From assembly GCA_951406725.2 (NCBI GenBank), contig OX597814.1, positions 14,942,001 through 15,006,000 on the forward strand: a stretch of 64,000 nucleotides of DNA, read 5' to 3'. Below the pieces are notes generated by a model, which ran no database searches, was not told the origin of the DNA, and saw nothing but the letters and a program-made list of their open reading frames with translations. Positions within the stretch are counted from its first letter, which is position 1. Each line of letters begins with the position of its first letter. Shown here in pieces: positions 12,777-24,662 of the stretch. Origin of the DNA: Octopus vulgaris. Lineage: Eukaryota. A program made the translations under genes and the position numbers.

Positions 12777-12780
<4 letters not shown>
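12140..12780 (+). pseudogene. Orphan IL-17 promoter and exon 1 (MKTPT at 12703-12717) with destroyed donor and no exon 2
   Basis: Homologous to 6330-6740 and 7200-7465. Reads ATGAAGACACCTACA|TTCAGT instead of GTAAGT. No + strand exon 2 was found downstream. Confidence 0.8.
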
Positions 12781-12824
<44 letters not shown>

Positions 12825-12829
12825 CAATA

Positions 12830-14820
12830 GTGTTATTGGATGCTCAAGAAAAGAAAGAAAGAAGGGGGATTTAACGATTAGAGCGGAGCTCTTCGCCAGA
12901 AACATAGGAAAAGGTAAGATCTAAGGAAGGGAAGACAGAGGAAAAAAATCGCCAACGATACACACGTGGCCACACACACACACACACACACCCACACACC
13001 CACACACCTACACACCTACACACACATAGAGGTGAGAGTTTTGGTATATGAAAGAACGTGGCTGGATGTATAAAAGACAAAAAGGAGTGAAAAAACTACA
13101 GAAGGGTTGTGCTATATGGTTAAAGAATATATTTAAATCGTTATGTTAGACAAATGTTATAAAAGTTTGCATATAGTAACATAGTTTTTTGAGAAATAAA
13201 CGGTTTCGTATTTTCTTTTCAAATTTCTTGAACTATATCGTGTCATGTCTTCTTGAACTATATCGTGAAGTATGGAGTTCCAGGCACGGGAAGGTAATCA
13301 GGAATGTTTTCCGGGATAAGGGAGATAATCAAACATGTTGGAAATGACTAATTTAACATGATTTAGTTTAGAAGGAGTAGAATGTTACAAGTGATTAGGT
13401 TTTGCTTTATATTTTTTTCAATGAGGTGAGTTTACTTATGTAGAAATGTTAGAAATGGATCAAGTTTTGGCTTATATTTTTCAATGAAGAAGTTTCCTAA
13501 TTAATCTAACTTGTGTTGGTGTTCCAAAGCATATTGATAGAATGGAAAGATTATAAATTGTGGTAGTAGTTGCTTTGCGCATTTCTCAATATGTTCACTA
13601 GAGGGTATCATTCTATATTCTGGGAATGCAATCTGCTGTCGATACAGAATGCATCTGCGTCTGAGCGATAATCCCGTGGACCCTATGTAGTTTTGGTGGC
13701 AGCCCGAGCATCTTACGTCATAAATCAGGTTTTCTGAAGCACAAGTAAAATTAGATTTGATATTGAATTTTTTCCCTCTTTGAAGAGGAATTCTGATCCT
13801 TCTAGAAGGTTTAGGCATGTTGCGCAATTTGGTCTACCACATTTTTTCACTTTGCATCCGTTATTTTAGAAAATAATTTTGCCTCTGTGAGGATCTTTTT
13901 TAGTGATTTCGGTTTTTTGTAGCTTTTAATGATTTTATGTATGTGTAAAATTTCCTTCAATTTGGGGTCCATTAGTAAATTTTGGGTGATGATGGTGAAG
14001 GCTTCTTTGTTTCTGGGGTTGTATATGGATATGTACAGCAGTATTTTTGGGGAAGGTATGTTGCTGTGTTGAACTTTTCTATGTCGAATTGTGTTGCACG
14101 TCTGATTCCATCCTTTATGAGTTGAACTGGTTAGTGTCTATCAATTAGGGTGTTTTTGAGTTCTTGCAGTTTAAAGATTCTGGTATTTTGTTCCGACACT
14201 ATTGTGCATATCCTTCTTGCAAGGTTGATGGGGTGTTTGGTTTGGTGTGTCATCTCTTGTGAAGGGTAGGAGAGTCCAGTTTGCTGGACATTGTTGTAGA
14301 GCTGAAAAAGAAGTAATTTCTACTCTTCTCCTCTGGAAGCCATCTACTCGCAACACCAGAGGGCGCACACTCTCCTACCCTGATGTAATCTCCAGGGATA
14401 CAGGCATCCAGCAACAGGACCTCCGTAATGCTATGATGGACCGTGAAGTCTGGCGCAACATGGTAAATTCCATTGTCTCGACCACGGTCGAACAATGATG
14501 ATGATGAGGATGACTCAAAAAGCAGATATTGTTTGGCGTCTGTGGTTTTGTAAAAATATGTCCGTTTCTATTTTTAGGTTTAATTTTTAATTAGTATATT
14601 TAAAAATGGAAGCTCCTTTTGGTTGTATTCCATTGTGAACTGTATGTTTGGTTTGACGCTGTTCAATAGGCTTTTGAATTTTAGGAGTTTATCTATGTTT
14701 TCATTCCAGAGTATAAATCAGTCGTCTAGGAATATTTTCCAATTCTCTTTTATGCATTGGGAAAGGGGGTTTCTAAAGGTAGGTAAAGTTTCCAGATATA
14801 TTAGTACCTCCTGGAGGTAA
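12830..14820 (-). mobile_element. Decayed Penelope-like retroelement (RT end, GIY-YIG endonuclease, terminal repeat remnant)
   Basis: WKIFLDD...IQFTME...LPFL (RT); KTTDAKQYLLF; NLARRICTIVSE; FTCASENLIYDVRCSGCHQNYIGST (GIY-YIG). Confidence 0.9.
14247..14513 (+). mobile_element. 5'-truncated RTE-type LINE nested in the Penelope element
   Basis: RRVQFAGHCCRAEKE...LLWKPSTRNTRGR...AMMDREVWR, with a (TGA)n tail. Confidence 0.8.
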
Positions 14821-14836
14821 TAATATACCTGGAGGA

Positions 14837-14896
<60 letters not shown>

Positions 14897-15022
14897 CGCC
14901 CTGATGCAGTACCAGGCAGTGGCTCTCATGGAGTAACTTATTGCTGATCTCACCAAAAATTGAACAGTAAATTGCACAAACACCCATACAACCACACACA
15001 CACACTCATAGACATATACACA

Positions 15023-15083
<61 letters not shown>

Positions 15084-16293
15084 GCATGCACACACACACA
15101 CACACACACACGCATACGCAGGCACACATACATTCACAAGCATGCAATCACACACACAGTTACACGCAAATACACAAGCGCGCATGCATTTATTTAACAA
15201 AATAGGAAAAATGCCTTTTGGCTTGAACATGGAGCTTTTACGTAAAAGAATACTCAACTATAAGATATGTATGTGGTTGAAGGAATTGTGGTTTAATGTC
15301 AGATATATTATGTCCTGTGTTAAACAAATTCAATGATACTTATTAAATACTGATAATTATCGCTAAAATTAGATCCAATAAAATGGTAGGACATTATAAT
15401 TGTCAAAATATTATATAGATTTAAATGCTCATTAAAAAAGAATACATAACAATTACAAAAACCCCGAAGTACAGCGTCACAAAACTTCTGACTACAAGTC
15501 TATTCAAATGCAAAGTATAACGACAAGGATTCTAGTTTGAATTTTGTTCGCGATGAAAACTGCAAAGTGAAATCAAACTGCTCTCACATCAAGTTCACAG
15601 GTGGACGGTGCAGGTAAAACTAAATGGATCTGAACCAAAATGGGAAGTTAAAAGTAAAAAGCCACAATGTAGGCAGCTAAAGTTCAAGAGCGATCATGCT
15701 TCTGTTACAAATACACCAGAAGAATGATTGGCGTAGAAAAAATAAAACATGCGACTTTTATCATGAGCTCCTTTAGATTTAAGTAATTTTGTACTTCCTG
15801 TTATATAGGCGTTGTAAGTAGCATTCCTTAATCCATTGTTCATATCAGTTGACGAACAAAGTCCGTTTAGCGATTGCGAGATATTACCATCATGTCATTA
15901 CTACTGTCGCTTTTTTTTAATTATTTTATGTGTTTGATTCACGTGAATTTTTAAAAAATCTGTTTAGTATATATCTGTTTAAAAATCTGTTTAGTATATA
16001 TCTGTTTAAAAATCTGTTTAATAATATCGTGAATCTAACCAGTCTAAGACTCTTATTTTGTACTCTCTATATAACTGTTGTAGCATTTTACCTCAGATTA
16101 GATTACTCAAGATGTTTTGTCCTCAACACAAGCGTTACGTTAGAGGGGTGGACGGTCCAAGTTAAACTAAATGGATTCAACCATCACGTGGTGAACCAAA
16201 ACGGGTTGTTAAAAATAAAACGCCACAATTTGGGTAGCTAAAGTCCAAGAGCAATAATACTTCCGCTACATCTCCAGATAATTAACCAGAGAA

Positions 16294-16514
16294 GGCGGCG
16301 AGCTGGCAGAAACGTTAGCACACCGGGCGAAATGCTTAGCGGTATTGCATCTGTCGTTGCGTTCTGAGTTCAAATTCCGCCGAGGTCGACTTTGCCTTTC
16401 ATCCTTTCGGGGTCGATAAATTAAGTACCAGTTACGCACTGTAATCGACTTAATCCATTTGTCTGTCCTTGTTTGTCCCCTCTATGTTTAGCCCCTTGTG
16501 GGCAATAAAGAAAC
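16294..16514 (+). mobile_element. SINE family C
   Basis: ggcggcgagctggcagaaacgttagc...gagttcaaattcc...gcctttcatcctttcggggtcgataaa; TSD ataa(t/c)taaccagagaa; further copies at 52974 and 56711. Confidence 0.9.
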
Positions 16515-18416
16515 AGATAACTAACCAGAGAATTAATCGTGAGGGTGATATACGAAAACCAGAAGAAAAGATATAGCCAGGATTAAAAAAATATACTACA
16601 AATATTAACAAAAATGTACATGCCAAACAAATAGCATGAAGTAAATGTGTCAAATAAAAATGAACAATACAGTAAATGTGAAAACACAGCCAAAAGGTCA
16701 TATTAATGGCTGAAAAATGTTAATAAAGTCTTTAGAAATTCCTGTTATTTCTTACAACATCAAAATCAAGAAAGCACATAAGAATGTAATGAGAGCAAAT
16801 AGTGGGTAATAAATAAAGGATTTTGTAATTTTAAATTTATTGTCTAGAATATTTCAATGCATAAGATTTTACACGTAGTCTTCCGATGTGAAGTCAGATA
16901 AGTGAGTCCAAAACAGCGACGAAAAAGGGTGTTGAAATAAATTGGTTGAATTAATTTTAGCGGCATCGTTGACGGAGGAAAAATATCTGTTGGTATCAGG
17001 AATAAAAAAAAAATGCTATTAATTCAAAATGTCGTTGGCCGAGTATTCGTCAAATTAAAACACGTTGCGAAATGAAGACGATTCTGTGTGAAAATTGGCA
17101 GATTGTGATCGCAACGTAAACGTGCAACTGCATAAACATAGACAGACGTTGACTCAAGAAGCATGTCAATGGTGAGATACAAAATGTGCAAAGTGCCAAA
17201 CTCCGACCCAGAAATTCTTACTACTTGCAATTTCTGAGGAATAGAGCTGAAGAAAATTGAAGAATATGGGATGAAAAGGTTGCCGTGCAGCTGAAAAAAT
17301 TTCAAATTTTCCCATTTTCCGGTCGTGAGAAAAGGGGAAATGACTTCTAATGCAGGGGGCAAAACTTCACAATTATGCTATACGCAAAAAATATGTGGCG
17401 AAATTGTAAACTTGACACGAACAGCAGATGAAGAAAACCGAACTTGGTAATACTAGGGTGAGTCTTGGTTGTTTGAAATCTTGTCATTGTCAAAAGCAAC
17501 GAAAGGAACTGGAAAACAGTCATACTGTCATCGTTATAAGAAAGTGAATTGTCTAGAAATAAACACTGGCAGGAGTTTAACTCGGTAAACATTTCTTGCA
17601 AAAGGTGACAGAAACGACGTTATCAAAATACTGGACTTGGAGGAGTAGTGAGAGTTGATAAATGTACGTCAAAATCGTTCACGCACTGCTTATGTTGGAA
17701 AGGCGAAAGAGCAGCTGTAACAGCCTTGCGAAGGAATTTTCTGACCGGAAAAAATGTCTGCAATATGCAAGCTACTGAATTTCAAACTGGGAAACGAGAA
17801 TTAATAGGCAAGTGCCTCCAGTTTTGCTGTTAAAATATATTAAAGACTTTTAACGTTAGAAAGAAAATTAGCGTTGGTAGCTGGATTAACTTTTTTTCTG
17901 CTATAAGTTCTAAATTGATGCAAGTCGCCAATCTGATTTTTTGAAACACGCACATGTAAACATGTAGTTACACTAAAGTTTCCTTGATAGGACGTTTTAA
18001 ATCGGTTTACTCTTCAGAAGCTGGTCATCTTCCATGGCTCGGGGGGTATATTGTGATAGAGTTTGAGTGTGATGCATTTCACTCGTTTCTGTTCGTTATT
18101 TTTTTTCATATATATACTAATTATCAAAACTTAATAGAAATACTTACACATGAATAACGAAAGACACTTTTATGCTTGGAGTATACTTATATTACCAAGA
18201 AAAACAAAAAAAAGAAAACTATCGCACTAATAAATTCATTATTTGCATGAATCTCTTCTTGATTTCTGTAATACAAAATGACAATACTGAAAATTCTTAT
18301 ATAAATACAAAATCATATTTATTAAACTTTGCGTTCGGAAAGTGCTTTATTAAAAAAATTCATGAAAGTTTATGCAAAAATGATTAACAATTATATTTAA
18401 ATGAGAATGTCTTCAA

Positions 18417-18494
<78 letters not shown>

Positions 18495-18612
18495 GAGAGA
18501 GGCTTGTACTCCTCCTATGGGTCTCTTTTACGGGACCACTAAGTTACGGGGACTTAAACACCACCATCAGCGGTCAAGCAGTGGTGGGGACAAACACCGA
18601 CACAGACTACAC

Positions 18613-18666
<54 letters not shown>

Positions 18667-18694
18667 TTAAAAGCAGCAGAAAATTCAACAAAAC

Positions 18695-18732
18695 CTGTTA
18701 CTCTGAGTTTCCCGTTGCCGTTCGTCGGACAG
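18695..18732 (-). ncRNA. Hammerhead ribozyme-like motif (core variant CCGACGA)
   Basis: ctgt-CCGACGA-acg-gcaa-cgg-GAAAC-tcaga-GTA-acag; stem I ctgt/acag. Confidence 0.5.
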
Positions 18733-18834
18733 TTTTTGCTGAATTTTCTGCTGCTTTAAATAAACCATATTACTCTACCACTGGTATTTGAGTACTCTTT
18801 TTTCCACCTTGTTTCACATTTATGTGTTTACTCC

Positions 18835-18895
<61 letters not shown>

Positions 18896-18917
18896 CATAC
18901 TCATACACGAGCACACA

Positions 18918-19125
18918 AAGGGATGGCGAGAAGTTCCTGGCTTTAAGGGTGTCGCGAAACGCCTAGTGGTGCCCCCTACCTTCCGAATTCTTACACAAGG
19001 CTTTGTAACCTGCGGGACCGTCACAGTTAGTGTGTGAATCTGAGATTATTTTCAATAAAATTATAATTAACTGATACTCCTGTATTTTCTTTTAACCCAA
19101 ACCAAGAACTTCTCAACCCCACGCC
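18918..19125. mobile_element. MITE-like element with mariner-type imperfect terminal inverted repeats
   Basis: gggatggcgagaagttcctggcttt versus aaaccaagaacttctcaacccc. Confidence 0.45.
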
Positions 19126-19463
19126 TTGTATAGGGTTGTGTATGTGTGTGTGTGTCGTTGGATATGTACAATCATGATAAAACTCAAAATGGTCGAAGAC
19201 TTAAATATGTTGTATATGTCAGACATGAGTCAAATAATATATTGTTCATTTCAAATAAACAATACAATAAAATATGTTAAAGATAACATATAAATATGTG
19301 GACACGGAGATTATGAAATGTTTTATGATATATGGAATTAAATAAACTATAAACATATTTACAAAGTATATATGTATGTGTGCGAATTTTATGTACAGTT
19401 GTGTGCAAATTATAATGCCCTCTTAGCGGTCAAGTTAATCTTTCATAATATTGTGAATAACCT

Positions 19464-19994
19464 TTATGTTTCGTAAGACGCATATTTGTCGTTTTTATAT
19501 CCATCAATTTTTCTTGCACACACACAAGCTGTACCTACATTAATCACAATTGGTTTATACACGTACAGTCTAGCAACACATTTATTTGTACGTTTGAGGA
19601 CAGTCATTTTAGTATATACCGTCACACATTGGTATTTGCTGCTGCTAAAATCTCGACAGCCTCTGCAGCGACACACAACTTCGGTACGGGATGAAGGGAA
19701 AACTGTTGAATCATGGGTAATATTCACGTACCATGGGCAGGTTGAACGTTCGCGGATGATATCAATAGATGCAGAAGATGTTGGGCAGGTTGTATCCCCG
19801 ACGATCAGTGGTTTCCGGTTACTTCCGACTGGAGTAACTCTAGCCAGTAGGAAAAACTTGTTGCCAACGGCTGCACGGGACAGCCTCTTGTATCGGAATT
19901 TCAGATTGGTTGGTATTTTACATTTGGTTGGAATTGACGCCGATGATACAAACGAGGTGACGCTGGAGAGAAATATTACAATGTGGGAGAAAAC
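19464..19994 (-). CDS. IL17: IL-17-like gene B, exon 2; spliced protein 181 aa with exon 1 at 32657-32671 or 36055-36069
   Basis: Acceptor ttttctctctggcag|GTT. Signal VFSHIVIFLSSVTSFVSSA. Motifs RSTCPWY, CRCRGC, VLKR and TACVC. 10 Cys aligned with gene A. Confidence 0.93.
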   Translation of the reverse strand, partial: VFSHIVIFLSSVTSFVSSASIPTKCKIPTNLKFRYKRLSRAAVGNKFFLLARVTPVGSNRKPLIVGDTTCPTSSASIDIIRERSTCPWYVNITHDSTVFPSSRTEVVCRCRGCRDFSSSKYQCVTVYTKMTVLKRTNKCVARLYVYKPIVINVGTACVCARKIDGYKNDKYASYET

Positions 19995-20178
19995 CTGCCA
20001 GAGAGAAAATATCTTTGTCAATGTTACATTAAATATGGAGGCACAGTTGTTGGCGTATTCAAAAAATTAATTTACTTTAGGCACATATATCAATTTATGA
20101 TGGACCAACTTAATGAAATCCTATTACAGGAAGTTGAATGAGTGACAAATAACAGAGTGATATGTGAAAACACAAATA

Positions 20179-20339
20179 CTCTTTTACTTGCTTCAGTTAT
20201 TTGATTGCGGCCATACTGGAGCACCGCCTTTAGTCGAGCAAATCGAGTCCAGGGCTTATTCTTTGTAAGCCCAGTACTTATTCTATCGGTCTTTTTTGCC
20301 GAACCGCTGAATTACAAGGACATAAACACACCAGCACAG

Positions 20340-20402
<63 letters not shown>

Positions 20403-20497
20403 CATATATATGACGGGCTTCTTTTCAGTTTCCGTCTACCAAATCCACTCACAAGGCTTTGGTCGGCTCAAGGCTAAAGTAGAAGACTCTTGCCCAA
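20179..20497 (-). mobile_element. SINE family A, 5'-truncated
   Basis: Matches the body and tail of 8890-9308. Confidence 0.85.
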
Positions 20498-20635
20498 AAT
20501 ATAAAGAAACCACCAACAAAATAAAATCATTGCTTTACAGTTTATCTCAACTGTTATATTTTTCAACAGCTGCCATATTTGTTTCAATCGAGAGAAAGAG
20601 AGAGAAACGAAAGGAAAATAAACATACATAATTAG

Positions 20636-20678
<43 letters not shown>

Positions 20679-20925
20679 GTGTGCATGTGTGTGAGTGAGA
20701 GGGAGAGAAAGAGAGAGAGAAGAGAGAGACGTGCAGAGAGAATAGACAAATGGATGTGAGTTTCTAAATAAACAATTGTAGTCTGTCAAAAATTGTTTCC
20801 CAATATAAAGAAGTTTTAGTTTAGTTACCTCTTGAATTATCGTTGACGGTGAGGGAGTGAGATAGCAATAACTTGAACAATACATTATCCGAATCGACGC
20901 ATTTGTGATGTTTTAATGACGATGT

Positions 20926-21135
20926 GGAGGCGCAATGGCCCAGTGGTTAGGGCAGCGGACTTGCGGTCGGAGGATCGCGGTTTCGATTCCCAGACCGGGC
21001 GTTGTGTGTGTTTATTGAGCGAAAACACCTAAAAGCTCCACGAGGCTCCGGCAGGGGATGGTGGTGATCCCTGCTGTACTCTTTCACCACTCTAAAGGCG
21101 GTGCTCCAGCATGGCCGCAGTCAAATGACTGAAAC

Positions 21136-21166
<31 letters not shown>

Positions 21167-21167
21167 T
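20926..21167 (+). mobile_element. Chimeric SINE: family B head joined to family A 3' end, plus poly(A)
   Basis: Family B sequence up to ...gtactctttcaccac, then ctaaaggcggtgctccagcatggccgcagtcaaatgactgaaac and a long A tract. Confidence 0.8.
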
Positions 21168-21424
21168 GTGAAATGCTATTCACCACGTTTGAAATTATTG
21201 GAACAATGCTAATGATATTTTGGTTACGCTTGTGCAGCTTCATAGCTATACTTAAGATCTTAGCTTCTCTGTTGTTCCTGAAATTTTCGCATTTCATTAC
21301 GTTGATAAAGTAACATTAACGTGATAGTTAAAAAAATCCAACTAGTTTTAGGAAGGCAACTAACTACAAACTAGAAAGTTAAACTATGTAGTAGAAGAAA
21401 TATATATATATATATATATCTTAG

Positions 21425-21690
21425 CACTTGTGCCCGTGCTAGTAGGGTGCCAAGAGCACCATCCGAGCGTGATCATTGCCAGAGCAGCCAACTGGCTTCC
21501 GTACAAGCGGCACGTCAAAAGCACCCAGTACACTCTCGGAGTGGTTGGCGTTAGGAAGGGCATCCAGCTGTAGAAACTCTGCCAAATCAAGATTGGAGCC
21601 TGGTGCAGCCATCTGGTCGCGCAGCCCTCAGTCAAAATCGCCCAACCTATGCTAGCATGGAAAGCGGACGTTAAACGATGATGATGAGGA
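21425..21690 (+). mobile_element. SINE 3' part with an RTE-like (TGA)n tail
   Basis: ggcgttaggaagggcatccagctgtagaaac...gctagcatggaaagcggacgttaaacgatgatgatg. Confidence 0.65.
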
Positions 21691-21992
21691 TATATATATA
21701 TATATGTAAGGAAAGGAAAAAATATATTTGTGTAGACCATCTTTAATCTAAAGTTCGTACAAATCCAATTAAGATTCTACAAATTATTTCCAAGCTTAAT
21801 TCCAAAGGCAAAACGAAAAACATAAACGTTTCGAAATCAAATTTAGGTTTTTCTTCAGGAAATCATTATTGGAGAAAATAGGTTCAAAACCTATATATAT
21901 ATATACATATATTTAACAGCCCAAACAGGAACAAACAATTAAAATCTGATAGAAGGAAATTACCTGAACGCTAGACCACTCAAAACAAGAAA

Positions 21993-22075
<83 letters not shown>

Positions 22076-22110
22076 CAAAATAAGCAACAAGAATAATATC
22101 TTCTGTAATT

Positions 22111-22194
22111 TGGTACGATCGTTTCACGCTACATCATTTTATTTAATATTGTAAGTATTACAACAATTTTAAAATGTTGAGCAATCATCAGCCA
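22111..22194 (-). ncRNA. Type I hammerhead ribozyme with long stem II
   Basis: tgg-CTGATGA-ttgctcaacatttta...taaaatgatgtagcgt-GAAAC-gatc-GTA-cca; palindromic stem III acgatcgt. Confidence 0.7.
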
Positions 22195-22399
22195 TTAATA
22201 GAGGTTTTCCATCAATACATATACTTATTTTCATGTTAAATGATAGCATTATAAAGAGGGTAGATATATAGACAGTGATGTTGATTTGAATGTTAAGAAC
22301 ATTATGGTATTAGAATTTATCTTCTGACTGAAGAATATTCTTAAAGTTAGTTTGAACTGCTAGAAAGTGGGTAGGTATCTTTTGCTGATTGGAGACAAA

Positions 22400-22442
<43 letters not shown>

Positions 22443-22565
22443 ATATAAAAGGAATTCCAACCTTGTCTGATTTTCACGTTTTATTTACAATCTTATAATG
22501 ATATAAGATAATATAATATAATAAAATAAAATAATATAATAGAATGTTAAATGTTCATTATGATT

Positions 22566-22608
22566 GAACTAGTACTTTCATGCATTGAATTCTGCAATCT
22601 TCAGGTTC
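22566..22608 (-). ncRNA. Minimal type I hammerhead ribozyme
   Basis: gaac-CTGAAGA-ttgca-gaattcaa-tgcat-GAAAG-ta-CTA-gttc; stem I gaac/gttc; palindromic agtact. Confidence 0.7.
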
Positions 22609-22902
22609 GTGTAGTAGTGGTGACAGTCATGCTTCACAATTTTTGACTGTAGCGAGATGATTGAATCTGTGCCTTAAATACAGCTGTGTGGACTCCAGAA
22701 TGCTAGGTTTTGCAAACTGTATTCTGAACAATCAGTGTTGTAGTATCACTCAATTACTTAAGCTGATTGGTTGGTTGAGCTGATTGGTTTAGGCGTCACG
22801 GTTTGTTGGACATGTCAAGAGTCCTGTATCTTAACCTTGGCCTAGGCTTCTCAATTTTTGACAGTCAAAAATTGTGAAGCATGACTGTCACCACTACAAC
22901 AC

Positions 22903-22945
22903 GAACCTGAAGATTGCAGAATTTAATGCATGAAAGTACTAATTC
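22903..22945 (+). ncRNA. Minimal type I hammerhead ribozyme (mirror copy)
   Basis: gaac-CTGAAGA-ttgca-gaatttaa-tgcat-GAAAG-ta-CTA-attc. Confidence 0.65.
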
Positions 22946-23100
22946 AATCAGAATGAACATTTAACATTCTATTATATTATTTTATTTTATCTTATTATAT
23001 TATCTTATATCATTATAAGATTGTAAATAAAACGTGAAAATCAGACAAGGTTGGAATTCCTTTTATTAATATATTCTTCTATACACAATCACCCCCCCCC

Positions 23101-23150
<50 letters not shown>

Positions 23151-23673
23151 CACAATATATAAATATTTGATAACGACAATTGTATTACTGTCTAAAATAC
23201 GCAAAAACTTTGTGAAAAAAAAATTATTAATTACTAAGAATAATAGACTTAGCTAAAGATTAAAAAATTAAAAACCAATATATTATCGACTAAAACATAA
23301 TGAATACCATAATTCAAAGTTAATAACATAATGATTTAAAACGAAAGTAAAAAGAAATTCATTTATTAACAAATGGCTACCTTCAAGTAAAACAGAGTAG
23401 TATCTCTTCAATATGAATAAATGAATTAATTAATGAAAATGATTGAAAAGTAATTGCATGTAAAATTCTTTCAATCTCTAAATATCAGATAAACTTAAAT
23501 CACTGAAAATGTCCTAAACATTTACATTTAAATATAAAAAAAGGATTATTTGCTACAATAAAAACTTATATTACATTACGTTACAAATTGAATCAAACCA
23601 AGAAATAAATATTTGCATATGTAAACGTACATATATACACATACATACATACATACATACGTATAAATATAAT

Positions 23674-23911
23674 AATCTATATATGTAAAACTGAGAATTA
23701 TGTTGACTGTCTGTGTTTCTGTGTGTGCATTACTAAAACTCGAGAACTACCCAACCGATTTTATACAAAATTTACACATGCCTTACTTAGTGTCATGGGC
23801 CAAGACATTTTCAACTCCTTGATTAATGCGAGCCCGGATCAATCTCTTATGTTTTACACTATTTCAGTATTACGTATCAAAAGTGAAACACTAACACTAC
23901 ACATGTGTATG

Positions 23912-23945
<34 letters not shown>

Positions 23946-24239
23946 TGTATGTATGTATGTATGTATGTATGTATGTATGTATGAATGTATATATATATAT
24001 GTGTGTGTGTATATATATATATGTATGTACGTATGTACGCATGTATGTATGTATGTATGCATGTATGTATGTATGTATGTATGTATGCATGTATGTATGT
24101 ATGTATGTATGTATGCATGTATGTATGTATGTGTGTGTGTTTCTCTGTGTGTATGTATGCATATATATAGAGATGTATATGTATAGATCGATATGTATGC
24201 GTGTATATATGCGTATGTATATGTGTGCGTATACGTATT

Positions 24240-24300
<61 letters not shown>

Positions 24301-24362
24301 GGATGTATATTTACATATGTACTAGCTCAATAGCCGCCTTATCGAGCCGCTTTTAAGCTAGT
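23674..24362 (+). mobile_element. Helitron/Helentron-like non-autonomous element containing (TATG)n
   Basis: 5' tctatatatgtaaaactgaga...aaatttacacatgccttacttag is homologous to the reverse complement of 4455-4566; 3' GC-rich stretch followed by ctagt at 24358. Confidence 0.55.
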
Positions 24363-24597
24363 TCCTGTGGAGGGCACTTCATTGAGTTTTGACCCATTAA
24401 TGATAATTCATACATTGAGTATTTATGATAGTTTATTAAACTTGACCTATATTTTCCAAGCAATGAATAATTTTCATTAAAACAATGATATAATTTGTCG
24501 ACTTGGAATTTATTGCAAAGCTGCATATGATAAACAACATTTTTTTGTCTTCTTATCTAGGTGTCAGTACCATTTTTATCTGTCTAACCTCTTTCTG

Positions 24598-24662
<65 letters not shown>

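Larger units (their letters stand above)
22446..23066. mobile_element. Fold-back element: ~205-bp near-perfect inverted arms (22446-22650, 22861-23066), each with a hammerhead; likely a non-autonomous Penelope-like derivative
   Basis: taaaaggaattccaaccttgtctgattttcacg...cacaatttttgactgt is the reverse complement of acagtcaaaaattgtg...ggttggaattcctttta. Confidence 0.85.

Noticed and set aside
15954-16022. Short direct repeats resembling a CRISPR array
   Set aside because: Plain tandem repeat without unique spacers, in eukaryotic DNA with no cas genes.
16850-17850. Possible decayed transposase-like sequence
   Set aside because: No motif I could identify with confidence; needs a tBLASTx/Dfam search.
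19995-20021. Upstream extension MTKIFSLWQ of the gene B ORF, and the 9633 start for gene A
   Set aside because: Both are non-ATG starts. The gene B extension is the polypyrimidine tract and acceptor, and the 9633 start would omit the signal peptide.
19486-20070. 194-aa + strand ORF (and 130-aa ORF 9620-10012 on the - strand)
   Set aside because: Antisense shadows of IL-17 exon 2; their similarity follows from paralogy of the sense genes, and they have no recognisable domain.
20926-21000. tRNA-like sequence (also at 41764, 54304 and others)
   Set aside because: SINE heads with A/B boxes that continue into SINE bodies, some with TSDs; not full cloverleaf tRNAs.
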